Assembly (NCBI GenBank): GCA_035702665.1
Contig: DASSQD010000132.1
Span: 1,748-65,747, forward strand
Reading direction: 5' to 3'
Source of the DNA: Burkholderiales bacterium
GTDB lineage: Bacteria; Pseudomonadota; Gammaproteobacteria; Burkholderiales; SG8-39
DNA: 64,000 nucleotides
In this document: piece by piece, positions 60,671 to 64,000 of the stretch
Layout of the letters: the number at the start of each line of letters is the position of its first letter
Numbering within the stretch: the first letter of the stretch is position 1
The notes under the pieces: model-generated
Told to the model about the DNA's origin: nothing
Databases searched by the model: none
What the model saw: only the letters and a program-made list of their open reading frames with translations
Program-made: the position numbers and the translations under genes

Positions 60671-61958
60671 CCTGCGCTGGAACTGGAAGGCGCCGCGCCT
60701 GGGCGGCCGGCGCTGGCTGGACGTCGCCGACGCCCTGCGTCCCAAGGGCGGGGACCGCCTCGAGCTCTGGCTGCCGCGCGACTGGCCGGCGGAGGACCGC
60801 GAGCTGCGCTGGCGCCGCACCGAAGCGGGCGGAGCGGTGCGCCAGGGCAGCCAGCGCGGCCTCGAGGGCCTCGCCGCCGCCGACGAGATTCTCGTCTGGA
60901 CCCCGGCCGCGGAAACGCTTCTGCTGCGCGCGCGGCTGCCGACGCGCTCGGCCGCCAAGATCGCTCAGGCGCTGCCGTTCGCGCTCGAGGACCAGCTGAT
61001 CGATGCGCCCGAGAAGCTGCACTTCGCCTTCGTTCACGAGGCCGACGGTGCGCTCGCCGTGGCGGTGACGCGCCGCGAGCGCATGGAAGGCTGGCTCGCG
61101 GGGCTCGCCGCCGCCGGCCTCGCGCCGGCGCGTCTCGCGCCGGTGACGCTCTCCCTGCCGCTCGCCGACCGTTCGTGGACGCTCGCGTTCCGCGACGGCG
61201 AGATGGTGCTGCGCTCGGGCCTTCACTCCGGATTCGGCGGCCCGCGCGAACCGCAGCCGCCGGGGTGGCTGCACACCGCTCTCGCGGAGGCGCGCGCCGA
61301 CGCCAAGGCGCCGGAGCGCATCCTGCTGGTCGACGCTCCGGGCGATCTCGATGCCGGCGCCTGGCGCACCGCGCTGGGCCTGCCGCTGGAGGCCCTCGCC
61401 GCCGCGCAGGCCGCCGTTCCGGAGGCGCCGCTCGATCTGCTCCAGCAGCGCTATGCCCAGCGGCGCGGGCGGGGCGCGGCGCTGCAGCGCGCCTACCTGC
61501 CGGCGGCGGCGCTGCTCGCCGCCTGGCTCGTTCTCACGCTCGTCCTGGATGCGGTCGAGTGGGGGCGCACCGCCTACCGCGCGCACGCCGCCGATTCGGA
61601 GATGCGCGCGATCCTCATGAAGAGCTTTCCGGACACGCGCGTGATCGTCGATCCCGCCGAGCAGATGCGCCGCGGCCTCGACGCCCTGGGCGCGAAGAGC
61701 GGGGCCGCGTCTCCGGGGGACATGCTCTTCCTGCTCGCCCGCGCCTCGCCCGCGTTCGAGCGCCAGGCGCGCCTGCGCGTGCAGGCCATCGACTACGCCG
61801 ACAAGACGCTGGGCGTCCGGATGGCGGCGACGCAGGGCGACGCCGAGGCGCTGGCCGGCGCGCTGCGCGCTCGCTCGCTCGATGTCGCCGTGGACCGCTC
61901 CGGCGGGGAAGCGCGCCTGCAGCTGCGCGCGGCCGGCTCGAAGGGAGGCAAGCCGTGA
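60648..61958 (+). CDS. gspL: type II secretion system protein L
   Basis: 436 aa. Cytoplasmic domain (ALPFALEDQLIDAPEKLHFAF) and a single TM helix. Assigned by position. Confidence 0.82.
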   Translation: MKAPSLGSLRWNWKAPRLGGRRWLDVADALRPKGGDRLELWLPRDWPAEDRELRWRRTEAGGAVRQGSQRGLEGLAAADEILVWTPAAETLLLRARLPTRSAAKIAQALPFALEDQLIDAPEKLHFAFVHEADGALAVAVTRRERMEGWLAGLAAAGLAPARLAPVTLSLPLADRSWTLAFRDGEMVLRSGLHSGFGGPREPQPPGWLHTALAEARADAKAPERILLVDAPGDLDAGAWRTALGLPLEALAAAQAAVPEAPLDLLQQRYAQRRGRGAALQRAYLPAAALLAAWLVLTLVLDAVEWGRTAYRAHAADSEMRAILMKSFPDTRVIVDPAEQMRRGLDALGAKSGAASPGDMLFLLARASPAFERQARLRVQAIDYADKTLGVRMAATQGDAEALAGALRARSLDVAVDRSGGEARLQLRAAGSKGGKP

Positions 61959-62476
61959 ATCCCGCCTGGCTCGCGCCGGTGAAGGCACGGCTGGAGCCGT
62001 GGAAGAGCCGCTGGAACGCGCTCGACCCGCGCGACCGCCGGGTGGCGTCGCTGCTCGCGGTCTTCCTCGGGATCGTGCTGTTCTATCTCCTGCTTTGGCT
62101 TCCGATCGAGGCCGGCCTCTCCCGGTCGCAGGCGCGGCTCGCCTCGGTCGAGGCGCAGCTCGCCCAGGTGCAGTCGCAGGCGGTGCTCGTCGAGGGTTTG
62201 CGCGCGACTCCGCGCGGCGAGCCTCCCGCCGATGCGGCCTCCGCGTTCCAGGAAGCGGCCGCGAGGAACGGCCTGCGCGAGCAGGTGAAGCGCGTCGACG
62301 CCGAGGGCGCGCGCAGCGTGCGCGTGCAGATCGAGGGCGCTCCGTTCCCGGCGGTGATGTCGCTGCTGGTCGAGCTGCACCAGGCGGGCCTGCGCGCCGA
62401 GAACGCGACCATCGAGAGGAGTCCCAAGCCGGGCACCGTGAACGCCCGCCTGCTGCTGCAGGCGCAGGGCGCATGA
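61955..62476 (+). CDS. gspM: type II secretion system protein M
   Basis: 173 aa from GTG 61955 (GTGA overlap). Single N-terminal TM helix (LLAVFLGIVLFYLLLWLPI). Confidence 0.8.
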   Translation: MNPAWLAPVKARLEPWKSRWNALDPRDRRVASLLAVFLGIVLFYLLLWLPIEAGLSRSQARLASVEAQLAQVQSQAVLVEGLRATPRGEPPADAASAFQEAAARNGLREQVKRVDAEGARSVRVQIEGAPFPAVMSLLVELHQAGLRAENATIERSPKPGTVNARLLLQAQGA

Positions 62477-63243
62477 TCGAAGCCCTGCGCCGGACCGGCG
62501 TCCGCTTCGCGATCCTCGGCGTCGCGGCGTATCTCGTCTTTCTCGTGGCGAACCTGCCCGCGGCGTGGTTCGGGGTTGCGCTCGAGCGGGCGAGCGGCGG
62601 GGCGGTCGCGCTGGGCGACGCGCGCGGCACCGTGTGGAAGGGGCGGGGCTCGCTCGCGGTCCGCTCGGCCGGCAGCTTCCGCGCCGTCGCCGACGTCGAG
62701 TGGCGCTGCAATCCGCTTTCGGTCTTCACCGGGCGGCTCGCCGTGACGCTGAGCGGCGCCGCCCCCGGCGTCACACTGAAGGCGAACCTCGGGCTCGGGC
62801 TGCGCAGCGTGCGGCTGGAGAAGGTGGACGCGAGCGTCCCGGCGGCGCTCGTCGAGCCGGCGTTTCCCGCGGCGGCGCTGGTGAAGCCCGACGGGCGCGT
62901 GCGCGTGTCCGCGGACTCCTTCGAGATCGGCCCGGCGAGCGTGCGCGGCGCGGCCACCGTCGAATGGGTCGACGCGGGCATGAGCGGCATCGCGCGCATC
63001 GGCGACTACCGCCTGCAGATCACCGGAAGCGGCGACAGCGCCGCCCTGCGGCTCGCGACCCTGCGCGGCGACCTGCGCCTGAACGGCAACGGCGAGTGGC
63101 GCGCGGCGCGGCCGCGGCAGGTCCAGATGCGCGGCGTCGCAGAGATGACGCCCGAGCGCAAGGAGCTCGAGCCGCTGCTGGTGCTGCTGGCGGGACCGGG
63201 CGCGGGCAACTCGCGGCCGTTCGGCTGGGAGATGACGATCTAG
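62473..63243 (+). CDS. gspN: type II secretion system protein N
   Basis: 256 aa from ATG 62473 (ATGA overlap). N-terminal TM helix. Last gene of the operon. Confidence 0.75.
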   Translation: MIEALRRTGVRFAILGVAAYLVFLVANLPAAWFGVALERASGGAVALGDARGTVWKGRGSLAVRSAGSFRAVADVEWRCNPLSVFTGRLAVTLSGAAPGVTLKANLGLGLRSVRLEKVDASVPAALVEPAFPAAALVKPDGRVRVSADSFEIGPASVRGAATVEWVDAGMSGIARIGDYRLQITGSGDSAALRLATLRGDLRLNGNGEWRAARPRQVQMRGVAEMTPERKELEPLLVLLAGPGAGNSRPFGWEMTI

Positions 63244-63365
63244 AAGTCAGTCCGCAGACAGGTTTCAGCGTCAAGATCTTGCCGAATGGGGGGCAAGCGC
63301 TTGACGCGAGCGAGGTTGCGATGAAATATCCGAGCAGAGATATTCGGCACCAGGGGAGAGAAGCG

Positions 63366-64000
63366 ATGAGACTTCGAGCGAGCCTGACAGCCCTGATCGC
63401 CGCCGCGTGCCTGAACGCGTGCGGCGGCGGGGGAGGCGGTGGCGGAGGACCGGCTCCCACCTACACCGTCGGCGGCGCCGTGTCCGGCCTCGCCGGCGGC
63501 ACCGTCGTCATACAGCTCAACGGCGCGGCGAATCTGAGCATCGGCGCCAACAGCCCGTTCACATTCGCGACGCCTCTCACGGCGGGATCCGTTTTCGGCG
63601 TTACGGTGCTTTCGCAGCCCGCAACCGAGACCTGCGTCGTCAACGGCGGCAGCGGCACCATGCCTGCGGCCAATGTGACCAACGTTGCAGTCGCCTGCTC
63701 TGCGCTGAGCGGGTTCTCGATTTCCGGCCTGAGCGATCCGCTCGCGTCTCAGCAGTGGCATTTGAAGAATACCGGGCAGACAGCGTTCGCCGATACTCCG
63801 GGCAATGCCACTTTCGATATCAACGTCGATCCGGTATTTGGACTGGGCTATACCGGCGCCGGCGTCATTGTGGGCATAGCGGACACCGGCCTGGAAATCC
63901 TGCACGAAGACTTGGCGGCGAACGTGATACCGGGCGGATCGTGGAACTTCAATAACAATACGACCGACCCGACGAACACTGTCGATGTCGACCTCGATCA
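63366..64000 (+). CDS. S8 (subtilisin-like) serine protease lipoprotein, 5' part (runs off the window)
   Basis: Not in the ORF track because it is open-ended. ATG 63366 follows GGGGAGAG. My translation: MRLRASLTALIAAACLNAC-GGGGGGGGG...QQWHLKNTGQ...GAGVIVGIADTGLEILHEDL (Asp-box of S8 peptidases). Confidence 0.75.
   Translation, partial: MRLRASLTALIAAACLNACGGGGGGGGGPAPTYTVGGAVSGLAGGTVVIQLNGAANLSIGANSPFTFATPLTAGSVFGVTVLSQPATETCVVNGGSGTMPAANVTNVAVACSALSGFSISGLSDPLASQQWHLKNTGQTAFADTPGNATFDINVDPVFGLGYTGAGVIVGIADTGLEILHEDLAANVIPGGSWNFNNNTTDPTNTVDVDLD

Noticed and set aside
60576-62999. 807-aa minus-strand ORF across gspL-gspN
   Set aside because: Antisense to three translationally coupled gsp genes, with an extremely Arg/Pro/Ala-rich translation.
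1-64000. Search by eye for CRISPR arrays, rRNA/tRNA genes, integrases, toxin-antitoxin pairs and known defence systems
   Set aside because: None recognised. The only regularly spaced repeats are short operator-like pairs (30-31-bp period). The only mobile-element signature is the IS1595 fragment in the islet. A by-eye scan cannot exclude small ncRNAs.

Overview
Very GC-rich chromosomal segment (roughly 68-70% by eye, not computed). It has a betaproteobacterial flavour: a Bug/TctC receptor, box genes and gspC-N. I can support about 70 CDS and saw no rRNA, tRNA or CRISPR. Left to right: (1) An extracytoplasmic flavinylation module (FMN_bind protein, PepSY-TM protein, ApbE). (2) A lower-GC Big_2 + beta-propeller lipoprotein. 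(3) An aromatic-acid CoA-pathway supercluster. It mixes aerobic box genes (boxR-boxC-boxB and boxD, with boxA absent) with an anaerobic-type 4-hydroxybenzoyl-CoA reductase (tetR-hcrCAB), a flavodoxin, a gamma-glutamyltransferase-family gene and two ~1.6-kb paralogous aryl-CoA ligases. (4) The second ligase heads a tightly coupled operon with two diguanylate cyclases, a CobB/Sir2 deacylase and a beta-hydroxyacid dehydrogenase. (5) A 2.7-kb low-GC islet bracketed by perfect 16-bp direct repeats that duplicate the 3' end of an Omp85-family gene. It carries a six-ORF operon of small, mostly orphan proteins (including a bacteriohemerythrin), an RHH protein and a DDE-less IS1595 transposase remnant. 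(6) A prx-lipoprotein-lipoprotein-Omp85 operon. (7) A minimal divergent class III cyclase and a MASE1-GGDEF protein. (8) An uncharacterised catabolic cluster: FAD monooxygenase, MTHFR-like protein, AAHS-type MFS transporter, two signal-less NMT1/THI5-fold paralogues interleaved with an extradiol dioxygenase, DUF2848, cupin, amidase and a Liv-type ABC importer. (9) A few small unrelated genes. (10) A complete T2SS, gspCDEFGHIJKLMN, followed by a partial S8 protease lipoprotein. Most long R/P/G-rich ORFs in the track are antisense or out-of-frame artefacts of high GC. The best candidates for something new are the repeat-bounded islet with its orphan hemerythrin operon, the ligase-DGC-sirtuin-DGC operon, and the box/hcr hybrid lacking boxA. 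All functional calls rest on by-eye motif recognition and gene context; no searches or computations were run.
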